Source of the DNA: a virus
UHGV virus genome: UHGV-1455077
Strand: one strand, 5' to 3'
Length of the DNA: 64,000 nucleotides
Position numbers and translations under genes: made by a program
Shown: positions 39,666 to 47,811 of the stretch, in pieces
Numbering within the stretch: position 1 is the stretch's first letter
Layout: every line of letters starts with the position of its first letter
Notes under the pieces: model-generated
What the model was told of the DNA's origin: nothing
Databases searched by the model: none
The model's input: the letters and a program-made list of their open reading frames with translations, nothing else

Positions 39666-39755
39666 TTAATTAACTCCTTAATTGTTAAAAAATATTTTGT
39701 TCTATTTGTATTTATAAAAACTTATTAAGTTTTGATGAAAATTAGTATTTTTCTC

Positions 39756-39786
39756 TTGACAAATTAAAAAAATAATATACTATATA
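39756..39786 (+). promoter_or_regulatory. sigma70-like promoter for plus-strand moron genes
   Basis: ttgacaaattaaaaaaataatatactatata. Confidence 0.4.
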
Positions 39787-39812
39787 AAAAAATTTATTGA
39801 TAAGGATAAAAA

Positions 39813-40016
39813 ATGGAAACTATTAAAAATATTTCATTGGATGATGCTTTTGCTTGCTTCCAAATTGAATATTCAAAATCTTATACAAACGTTTATTACA
39901 CATCAAATATTGCCGATAAAGATGTATATGGATTTTTTGCTGATGGTGTTGAAAAAGGTTATTGGTATAATGAACCATTAGATAAAAATAAAAATGGAAC
40001 AGCAATCTATTATTAA
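39813..40016 (+). CDS. hypothetical small protein
   Basis: ORF 67 aa opposite to flanking structural genes. Confidence 0.3.
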   Translation: METIKNISLDDAFACFQIEYSKSYTNVYYTSNIADKDVYGFFADGVEKGYWYNEPLDKNKNGTAIYY

Positions 40017-40308
40017 ACAATGGAGAAATAATATGTCTAAACTTAAATTATCCAATCTAAATGTTGTTGGCTGTTATAAGCATCCAACAAAAGATGTAGA
40101 ATGTGTTAAATTAATAAATGGACAAATATATGAACGCTTTTTTAATCCTTTTATTAAAGATTGGTCTGATTGGTCATTAGTAAAATCTTATAAATTAGAA
40201 AGGCATTTTGAAAAAAATAACACATATAATAATGTGTATGATATTAAATTTGTTTTAACATTACCAAATGGAATGAAATTATTAGATATTCCATTTGAAA
40301 AATTATAA
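39994..40308 (+). CDS. hypothetical protein
   Basis: ORF 104 aa. Confidence 0.35.
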   Translation: MEQQSIIKQWRNNMSKLKLSNLNVVGCYKHPTKDVECVKLINGQIYERFFNPFIKDWSDWSLVKSYKLERHFEKNNTYNNVYDIKFVLTLPNGMKLLDIPFEKL

Positions 40309-40316
40309 TTTTTTCA

Positions 40317-40344
40317 TTGACAATTAAAAAATATATGTTATATT
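40317..40344 (+). promoter_or_regulatory. sigma70-like promoter TTGACA-N16-TATATT (extended ATATGTTATATT)
   Basis: ttgacaattaaaaaatatatgttatatt 21 nt upstream of RBS AAGGAG and ATG 40366. Confidence 0.5.
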
Positions 40345-40365
40345 TCCATTATAAGGAGATATACT

Positions 40366-40683
40366 ATGAAAAAACATATGATTATTAAAAAGAAAGATAA
40401 TGAAAAACTTTATCAAGAGATTTTCAAACGTGTTAAAAATCAGTATGATTGGGCAATGAAACAATCTGCTGAATGTCATTTTCCTTGGATGCCGTATTTT
40501 AAACAATACTTCATTTCAAATATGGAAAAACCCAAATTCCATTCTGAAAAAACGAAAGATAAATTATATATTCGTGCATTGCGTGAATTAAAAATTCTTC
40601 CCAATGAAGGAGAACCTATTCCTGAATATATGTATGATGCTTATGAAACCAAATATGGTGAAAAATTAAAAGAGAGTATGTAA
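40366..40683 (+). CDS. hypothetical protein
   Basis: ORF 105 aa with AAGGAG RBS. Confidence 0.4.
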   Translation: MKKHMIIKKKDNEKLYQEIFKRVKNQYDWAMKQSAECHFPWMPYFKQYFISNMEKPKFHSEKTKDKLYIRALRELKILPNEGEPIPEYMYDAYETKYGEKLKESM

Positions 40684-40694
40684 TATACTCTCTT

Positions 40695-40973
40695 TTACAT
40701 TGGCATTCCACCACCTAAATCTCCACCCATTCCTTCTGGATTTTCTAAATTTGGGCCGTAAAGAATTGGAACAAATACAGAATCTTGTGCTAATTCTTCT
40801 CTTTTACTATTACGAATTTTTTTTAATCTGTTAATATCAGATAATTTAAGCACTTTTTTTCGTTTTTTAAATATTTTTGGAATATTCTTATCATCCATTC
40901 TATCATATGGTTTATCCATATCATCATTATCATTTTCTAATAAAATTGTCAATTCTTTTAACATTGTACTCAT
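40695..40973 (-). CDS. small protein with GroEL-like Gly/Met C-terminal tail
   Basis: start revised to internal Met (MSTMLKEL...) with AAAGGA RBS just after portal stop; ends NPEGMGGDLGGGMPM. Confidence 0.4.
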   Translation of the reverse strand: MSTMLKELTILLENDNDDMDKPYDRMDDKNIPKIFKKRKKVLKLSDINRLKKIRNSKREELAQDSVFVPILYGPNLENPEGMGGDLGGGMPM

Positions 40974-40983
40974 TGTTTTTCCT

Positions 40984-42774
40984 TTATACTGATGGAGTTG
41001 AACCTGCACCTGCGGTTGGAGCAATACCCATACCACCTGCATCTCCTGATGGCATTCCACCACCCATTTCACCATTACCCATACTACTCATATCACCACC
41101 TGCTGGCATACCACCTAATGATTCCATACCAGCATTCATATCTGCCGCCATATCATTCAAGTAATCCATTGAAATATCTTCAATACCAACGGTACGTAAA
41201 CCAGGAATTTGATTTTTATCTTCAGTTGGTAATTCAACATCTTCATTTTTAAATCTATTTTGATTTTCAATAATCAATAAACGCTGATTTTCATTAAATT
41301 CTTCTTCTGTAAGTTTCAAATAATATTTTAATGCGAATTGTTTTGAGATATATTGACTTCCAGATGCACTAAGAAATGCATTTAATCTATTTGTTTTAAT
41401 TTCTTCTTCTGAAATTTCAGTAATATTAGATGGTTCATTAAAAGTTAAATTAAAACTATCTTCATTAACATTAATTCCTCTATGTTGCAAAAATCTTTTA
41501 TATTCTTTATCTAATTCAGGAATTAAAATATCTTGAATACGACAACAAAATTTAAAAAATCTTAATTCTTGAACATATGCATTTGCAACATTTGTTGGTA
41601 AAGTTCGTTGTCCGTCAGTTGGCCCGTAAGGTACCCAAGATTGTGGAACATTCATACCACGAATTAATAAATTCTCCCAAAAAACCATATCATTAATTTC
41701 ACCAAGTGCTTGACCACCAGCTAATTTTTCAATTTTTGGCTGAACACCATCTGAATCAACTGGTAAGAAATAATCTTCATTCATTGGAATTGAATTATAT
41801 GCAACATCTATTGTATTAAATACACCATCTGTATCTTTAGCAGGCATACGTCTTTGAGATAATTCATTTTTGGTTTTTTCAAGTATTTGTTTACGCTTAT
41901 AGCGAGGTATTCCCCCAACTGGAATATAAAAAACTAATTTTTCTGTTGCATTTTTAATTCTATATAATAAAATGCAATCTTGTAATAACATTTTTTGGAT
42001 ATAAATTTTATAAATTTTTTCTAAAATTGATAATCCAAATGGAAAAAGTAATACATTATCGACATTTAATGATAAATGAATTACATTATCAGCACTAACT
42101 GGTAAAGTTGTATTATCATCAGTTGGATTTGGAGAGGTTGATGCATTTGCAGTATTGCTTGCATTAACAACACCAGGAAAATTAGAATTAATTGTATTTA
42201 ATAAATTTCTTGTAGTAACATCTGATTGTGCAGTTGTTGCAACTTTTAAAGGAACATTTAATTCAACATTTTTAATAACATAATGTGTTGGATTTTTTAA
42301 ATCATCTACAACAACGCCTAACACATCATATATATTAACTTTTTGTAATTCATATGTATCAGGGTCACGAACAAAAAATACATCTCCATATTTTAATGCA
42401 TCTCGAATTGTTGGATACATTCTTTTTTTCCATTCATTTGTTTTAACCCAATCATCTAATTCTTTTTCAATTGTTAGTGTTTGGGAATCAGGCAACTTTT
42501 CATTTGCAGTATATTCAATTTTAAATGGCTTATCTTTATCAGCTTGGATAACATAATCTACAATCGTATCTAATGACCAAGAAATAATAGGGTCTTGTTC
42601 CATACCATCATAAATAGTATATCTTTCACAACGATTATTTGGGCCTTGATAAACTGCTGGTAAATAATTTTTATATCTATCATAAATTGACGTAGCATTA
42701 TCTCCAGAATTACCTCTAACTCCAAGCTTTGCTTTTGGTAATGTTACCGCTTTTAAAAATTTTTTATAAGACAT
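40984..42774 (-). CDS. portal protein, T4 gp20-like, with Gly/Met-rich C-terminal tail
   Basis: 596 aa; size, position upstream of prohead core/protease genes and overall pattern; C-terminus GGMPAGGDMSSMGNGEMGGGMPSGDAGGMG; late motif AATAAATAT 26 nt upstream. Confidence 0.8.
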   Translation of the reverse strand: MSYKKFLKAVTLPKAKLGVRGNSGDNATSIYDRYKNYLPAVYQGPNNRCERYTIYDGMEQDPIISWSLDTIVDYVIQADKDKPFKIEYTANEKLPDSQTLTIEKELDDWVKTNEWKKRMYPTIRDALKYGDVFFVRDPDTYELQKVNIYDVLGVVVDDLKNPTHYVIKNVELNVPLKVATTAQSDVTTRNLLNTINSNFPGVVNASNTANASTSPNPTDDNTTLPVSADNVIHLSLNVDNVLLFPFGLSILEKIYKIYIQKMLLQDCILLYRIKNATEKLVFYIPVGGIPRYKRKQILEKTKNELSQRRMPAKDTDGVFNTIDVAYNSIPMNEDYFLPVDSDGVQPKIEKLAGGQALGEINDMVFWENLLIRGMNVPQSWVPYGPTDGQRTLPTNVANAYVQELRFFKFCCRIQDILIPELDKEYKRFLQHRGINVNEDSFNLTFNEPSNITEISEEEIKTNRLNAFLSASGSQYISKQFALKYYLKLTEEEFNENQRLLIIENQNRFKNEDVELPTEDKNQIPGLRTVGIEDISMDYLNDMAADMNAGMESLGGMPAGGDMSSMGNGEMGGGMPSGDAGGMGIAPTAGAGSTPSV

Positions 42775-42800
42775 TTAATCTCCTTAATAACTCAATAAAA

Positions 42801-42809
42801 ATATTTATT
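42801..42809 (-). promoter_or_regulatory. late-promoter-like motif (minus-strand AATAAATAT) 26 nt upstream of portal start
   Basis: plus-strand atatttatt. Confidence 0.45.
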
Positions 42810-42826
42810 GTATGTATTTTTAATTT

Positions 42827-44980
42827 CTATATCATACCAGTATTTTTACTTGTTGCCATAAATCCAATATTTTCTAATTGTTGTGTTTGTCTTTGCTGAC
42901 CTCTTTCAATTCTTTCTAACGCATCAAGCATTAATGAATTAATTTCTTTAATATCTTTCTGAACTTGATTTGTTGCATTAAATCGTTGAGTTTCTGCATT
43001 TTGTGTTGATGCATTACTTGCTGATGTATTTGATGAAGAATCAAATGATGGTTGTGCAGGTGGAACGGTATTTGGAGTTGTTGTATTACTTGTTTCTTTC
43101 CATCCATATTTGTTTAATAATTTTGTTGTCATTTCTTCAATAGCAAATGCATATTTCATTGGATTTAATGCAGACAATGCATTTTCAAAAAGAGATTCTT
43201 GTTTCATTTCATTGGTATACATTTCTCCTGTACCAATAAAACCATTTTCAGAAACATCTCGTATACCAGAATATGCATCATAAGCTAATGCCATTGGAGC
43301 AACTAATTTTCCACCAATTCGACCAACTTTTCCTGCCATTTTACCTGCTTTACCAGCAAACTTACCAAGTTTACCAGCTTTACCGCCTTTACCAGAACCA
43401 CCAAAGAAATTACCAATACCATCCATTGCACTTCCGACAACAACAGTTCCAGCAGTAACAAACATTGCACCAACAGTATTAAGTAATTTAGATGCTAACC
43501 CATCAGCTAAATTACCTGCAATACTTGCACCTAAATCAATCCAAAAATTATCTGAAAATTTATCTTTTAAACGACTTAATGGAGATAAAACACTTTCATT
43601 AATCATTTGTAATTTATCAGCAAAAAAACCTAATTCTTTACCTACATTTTCAAGATTTTGTGTGCGTAAATTTTCTAATATTATTTTTGAACGTTCTATT
43701 TCATCTGAAAAATTTCTTGCTGATTTTAAAATATTACTATCAGTAGATTCTCCATTATAAGTTGCTAATTTTTGTCCTCTTGTACCAACAGCAACTTGAC
43801 CAAATAATGCGGCATTTTCAGGTCTATATACTAAATTTGAACCATATAAAGCATCATTTACTAATGATGAATTCATTCTATTACGTTCAGTTTGATTTCT
43901 ATCAAGGGAAGCATTAATAAAAGAAATCATTTCTTCCATTTGCATATTTGGATTACGAGCAACCATATTTCTTAATTGGGCATAATCTCTACCTTGTTGA
44001 ATTGCCATAGCTCCTAAATATTTTTCACTTGTAACATCATTTAAAATTAATGCACGAGCCATTTCAGGGCCAACTTGCTGTGCAAGTAAACCTTCAAGAG
44101 CTTCCATTGCTGGATTAGCACTTCGTAATGCCTGAATTGCAAATTCATCTTCTTTTAATTTATTTTCTTGTAAAATTAAATCAATACTTTTACCAGTTGC
44201 CATACTCAACTGTTTAAGATTTTTAGTATATAATTCTGTTTCTTTTCTTAAACGTTCACGGTCTAATTGTTCAATATTAGCATATTTTGTTCGTGTATCA
44301 AGATATTCAGATAAAATTGCTTCTTCTTCTTGACGTGTTAAATTAAATTGTCCTGATACAGATTTTAATGTATCATTAAAAAATCCAACCCCATCATTTA
44401 AAAAATTTGCAGATGCATTTAATCTTGATAATAGCTGTGAATTCTTTGTATATAATTTAACTAATTGAGTTTGTGGTCTTGCTAAATCTTCTGATGATTT
44501 ACGTAAACTATCAAATCCTTTTGCAACTGAAACGCCAGCACTTTCTAATTCTCTTAAAGATTCAATTCTTTTTAGTCCATTTTGAAGGCTTGATATAGTT
44601 GCTCCTGCAACAGCTTGTACAATTTTTGCCGCAACAGCTTTATTATTAGATTCTTCTTTACTTTTACTAGATTTTTTTCTATTTCTATCTTCTTTAATAG
44701 CATTATTAATATTATTAACCGCAGATGCTATTTTATCAAAAGATACTTTTCTTTCTTTTTGCTCAATATCAGATAATTTAATATATTTTTTAACATTTAC
44801 TGATAATTCTTGAAGATTTTTATCAACTGTTTTACCAAATTTTTTTGGAAAATAACGACTTAATAATTCATCTAATGGTTGAATAGAACCTAAATCATTA
44901 AAACCAACAGCAACTTCTTTCCCTCTATGTAATACAGGGATTTTTGAAGAAGTTTCCATTTCAATATAATCTTCAGCCAT
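42827..44980 (-). CDS. tape-measure-like / internal virion protein
   Basis: 717 aa; helical repeats, hydrophobic Gly-zipper segment GASIAGNLADGLASKLLNTVGAMFVTAGTVVVGSAMDGIG and Gly/Lys-rich GGSGKGGKAGKLGKFAGKAGK. Confidence 0.45.
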   Translation of the reverse strand: MAEDYIEMETSSKIPVLHRGKEVAVGFNDLGSIQPLDELLSRYFPKKFGKTVDKNLQELSVNVKKYIKLSDIEQKERKVSFDKIASAVNNINNAIKEDRNRKKSSKSKEESNNKAVAAKIVQAVAGATISSLQNGLKRIESLRELESAGVSVAKGFDSLRKSSEDLARPQTQLVKLYTKNSQLLSRLNASANFLNDGVGFFNDTLKSVSGQFNLTRQEEEAILSEYLDTRTKYANIEQLDRERLRKETELYTKNLKQLSMATGKSIDLILQENKLKEDEFAIQALRSANPAMEALEGLLAQQVGPEMARALILNDVTSEKYLGAMAIQQGRDYAQLRNMVARNPNMQMEEMISFINASLDRNQTERNRMNSSLVNDALYGSNLVYRPENAALFGQVAVGTRGQKLATYNGESTDSNILKSARNFSDEIERSKIILENLRTQNLENVGKELGFFADKLQMINESVLSPLSRLKDKFSDNFWIDLGASIAGNLADGLASKLLNTVGAMFVTAGTVVVGSAMDGIGNFFGGSGKGGKAGKLGKFAGKAGKMAGKVGRIGGKLVAPMALAYDAYSGIRDVSENGFIGTGEMYTNEMKQESLFENALSALNPMKYAFAIEEMTTKLLNKYGWKETSNTTTPNTVPPAQPSFDSSSNTSASNASTQNAETQRFNATNQVQKDIKEINSLMLDALERIERGQQRQTQQLENIGFMATSKNTGMI

Positions 44981-44991
44981 CTATCTAACCT

Positions 44992-46500
44992 TTATAATTT
45001 AGAATTTAAACTATTATATGCATTTTTTACACCAGAAGTATCAATTCCTTTAAAAAATTGTTTTAATGCACCAAAAGTTGGTTCAACAACTAAAATAAAC
45101 ATTACTTCTCTTGATGAGTTATCAGTAAATGTTAAAATTGTTCTTTGTTGACCCATAGTTGTTGCACGTTCAGTTCTTGTTACTGTAAAAATACCATCTA
45201 ATAAATCATCATAACGAATAACTTTAATATATTCATTAATATCACCGTGAACTAATAATCTTTTTGAAATTTGTTGAAATAAACTATTATCAGCATTTCT
45301 AATTTCTTCTATTTTATTTAATTCAGTTTCTCTATCTTCTCCATATGATGCATTTGTCTGTAACTCTGACAAATAATATTTTTTTACGGTACTTAAATTT
45401 GGAACGTTTGTAAAAACATAATTAACATAATTAACTTTACCAACATTTTTCATTATATCTTTAATTCTTTTAATAATATCGGCTGATGCCTTTGCTTTTA
45501 ATGAAAATTCTTGTTGTAAATCATAGTCATCATCTTCTTTTTTAACAGATGACATCATTTTATCAAGAAATTTTACTTGATTTGGCTTATTTTGTTGTAT
45601 ATTTTTATAAACAGTTTCCCACCATTTTTGAGTAGCTGAATCAAATAATTTTTGTGTTTCTTCATCACGTTTATCATAAAATTCATCTAAATTTTTATAT
45701 TTTTTCTTTAATTTAGAAATATTTGCCTTTGCTTTAAGTTTTGATGTTCCACAAAAATATAAATTATTATATAAATCTTCCAAAATATCTATATTTTTTT
45801 GTCCAACTATATCTTTAAATTTTTCATCAAATAAAGGTATTTTATTATTTTTAAGAGATTCTTTTATGAATACTTCTCTTTTATCACTATCAATATCTAT
45901 ATCATTATCAAAATCTTCATCATTAATTTCTGTTTCATTATTAACTTCATCATCCGAAACATCATTTTTATTTTCTTCATTATTTAATGGTAATGCCATT
46001 TGTTTTTCATTTTCTTTTTCTTTTTTTAATTCTGGCTTATAATTTTGTTGAAAACGATTTAATGATTCATCTGCCATTTGTTCAGTTTTCTTTTCTAAGC
46101 TATAAGATATACCACCATTATCCAATAAATCTAAAAAATCTTTATTTAAACCATCTAAAATAATATCATTATTAAAAATTCTTCTTAATTCATTACTGAT
46201 TAAAGTTGCTTCTGTTGTTGTTTTTTCTTCATCAGTTCCATTTGGATTGATTGGTTCACTTAAACTTTTATACCAATCATATTTGGCTTGAGTTCCATAT
46301 TTACTATTAATTTTTTTAGCTGTTGTCTGGACAATATGATTAAACAACATTTTTTTTAATTCTTGAATTTCATCACGAGTAAATGTTTTATTTGATGAAC
46401 TATCTTCAAACAAAAGTACACCCCCATTTTTAATTATACTTTCATATAATTCATCAGTAATTGTAAATTTTTCATTATTTTTCAAAATATATTTAACCAT
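44992..46500 (-). CDS. hypothetical protein
   Basis: 502 aa; no Walker motif so not called terminase; late motif 29 nt upstream. Confidence 0.45.
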   Translation of the reverse strand: MVKYILKNNEKFTITDELYESIIKNGGVLLFEDSSSNKTFTRDEIQELKKMLFNHIVQTTAKKINSKYGTQAKYDWYKSLSEPINPNGTDEEKTTTEATLISNELRRIFNNDIILDGLNKDFLDLLDNGGISYSLEKKTEQMADESLNRFQQNYKPELKKEKENEKQMALPLNNEENKNDVSDDEVNNETEINDEDFDNDIDIDSDKREVFIKESLKNNKIPLFDEKFKDIVGQKNIDILEDLYNNLYFCGTSKLKAKANISKLKKKYKNLDEFYDKRDEETQKLFDSATQKWWETVYKNIQQNKPNQVKFLDKMMSSVKKEDDDYDLQQEFSLKAKASADIIKRIKDIMKNVGKVNYVNYVFTNVPNLSTVKKYYLSELQTNASYGEDRETELNKIEEIRNADNSLFQQISKRLLVHGDINEYIKVIRYDDLLDGIFTVTRTERATTMGQQRTILTFTDNSSREVMFILVVEPTFGALKQFFKGIDTSGVKNAYNSLNSKL

Positions 46501-46783
46501 TATATTTCCTCAATTTTATATGTATATGAATATTTATTACATCTAAATAAAATAAAAAAGCACCATTATATGATGCTTTTTGTTTTTGCTTCATTTATTT
46601 TTTTATCATATTCCGTTTTCATTTTAATATAACGTTCTCTTAATTTATAAGGCATACTATAAATTTCTTGTAACGTTATTTGCCCATTAGAATATATTTG
46701 CATATTTAATAAAGAATTTTCAATACTATCTTTTTGTTTATTTAACTGCTCAATAAATTCTAAAATTTGTTCATCATTAGAAT

Positions 46784-47722
46784 TTAAGAGCTTAAACCGA
46801 AAAAATCCGATTGATTAAATCCATAAAATCTATCTTTCCATTGATGCCCGCAATAAGGACAGAAAAATTCTAATTCATTTGGTAAACCAATATCATTTAA
46901 TTCTTTAATTTTAGAAAAAATTTCATTAACAAAGGAAGCACTTGATTCTGAAATAAATTCATAAATTAAATTATTATCATCAACAAAACTACCATCAGGC
47001 AAAATTACTTTTAAAATACCATTAGATACAATTTTATTACCAATATCACTAATATTTAAATAAATTTTAGAAACATTCGAAACAAATTTTGTTCTTTCTT
47101 CTTCTGTTTGATTTTCATCATCAAATTTATAATCTTTAAATTGTTTTAAAATTGATTTTTCTTTAAAATTTAATAAATTAAATAAATTTTTATCTTTTGT
47201 AATATTTGGTCTAATATAGATTTTTAATCCATTTTCAGTTTCCATAATATATTCTTTTTCTAATACCGAAATTCTTTCTAAAATATTTCTACAAGAAAAT
47301 GAAAAGGATTGTGAATGTAAGCAAATTTTATTTTCTTTTTCTAATTTCGTTAACTTATCTGGTTCATTTTTTAATTTTTCTTTTAATTCCATACAATGTG
47401 GACAACTTAATTCTAATTTTAATTCATCACCATATGTTGCCGCTCTAATACCAAGCATTAAAACATTTAAATCTGGATATAACAACATTTCTGGATTTTT
47501 AATAGCTGGAACGCAAGATTTAATAACATCAATATTTGCTTGACCAGACAATAGTGCATCTGGATTAACCATTATTAATTCATCTTTAGGTAGCATAGGA
47601 AATATTTCAACTTCATTCAATGCATTTAATACAACAACATTAGAAGAATACCAATTTCCATTTGTTGGAAGTTTAATAGAAAGTTCTGCTTTACGAGCAT
47701 AATCAAGCAATGGATTACTCAT
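46784..47722 (-). CDS. putative virion protein with two Cys pairs (zinc ribbon)
   Basis: start moved to MSNPLL with AAAGGAG RBS and TATAAATA 29 nt upstream; CPHC...CPYCGHQW. Confidence 0.45.
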   Translation of the reverse strand: MSNPLLDYARKAELSIKLPTNGNWYSSNVVVLNALNEVEIFPMLPKDELIMVNPDALLSGQANIDVIKSCVPAIKNPEMLLYPDLNVLMLGIRAATYGDELKLELSCPHCMELKEKLKNEPDKLTKLEKENKICLHSQSFSFSCRNILERISVLEKEYIMETENGLKIYIRPNITKDKNLFNLLNFKEKSILKQFKDYKFDDENQTEEERTKFVSNVSKIYLNISDIGNKIVSNGILKVILPDGSFVDDNNLIYEFISESSASFVNEIFSKIKELNDIGLPNELEFFCPYCGHQWKDRFYGFNQSDFFGLSS

Positions 47723-47784
47723 AATTTCTCCTTTAAAAACTAATTTATTTTTATTTATAACATATAAAATATGAAAAAACAAAT

Positions 47785-47811
47785 AAAAAAGGAGTTTTAA
47801 ACTCCTTTTTT
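47785..47811 (-). terminator. rho-independent terminator after giant gene
   Basis: aaaaaaggagttttaaactcctttttt. Confidence 0.75.

Noticed and set aside
40877-41252. Plus-strand ORFs 40877..41164 and 40992..41252
   Set aside because: Antisense to portal 3-prime end; Pro/His/Tyr low-complexity mirror of the Gly/Met tail codons
44992-46500. Large terminase subunit candidate
   Set aside because: No Walker A/B or nuclease motifs visible; terminase probably lies outside this window
46590-46727. 45-aa minus-strand ORF in the 283-bp gap between 44992..46500 and 46784..47722
   Set aside because: No RBS, short; region more likely holds the terminator-like hairpin (about 46554..46582) and late promoter
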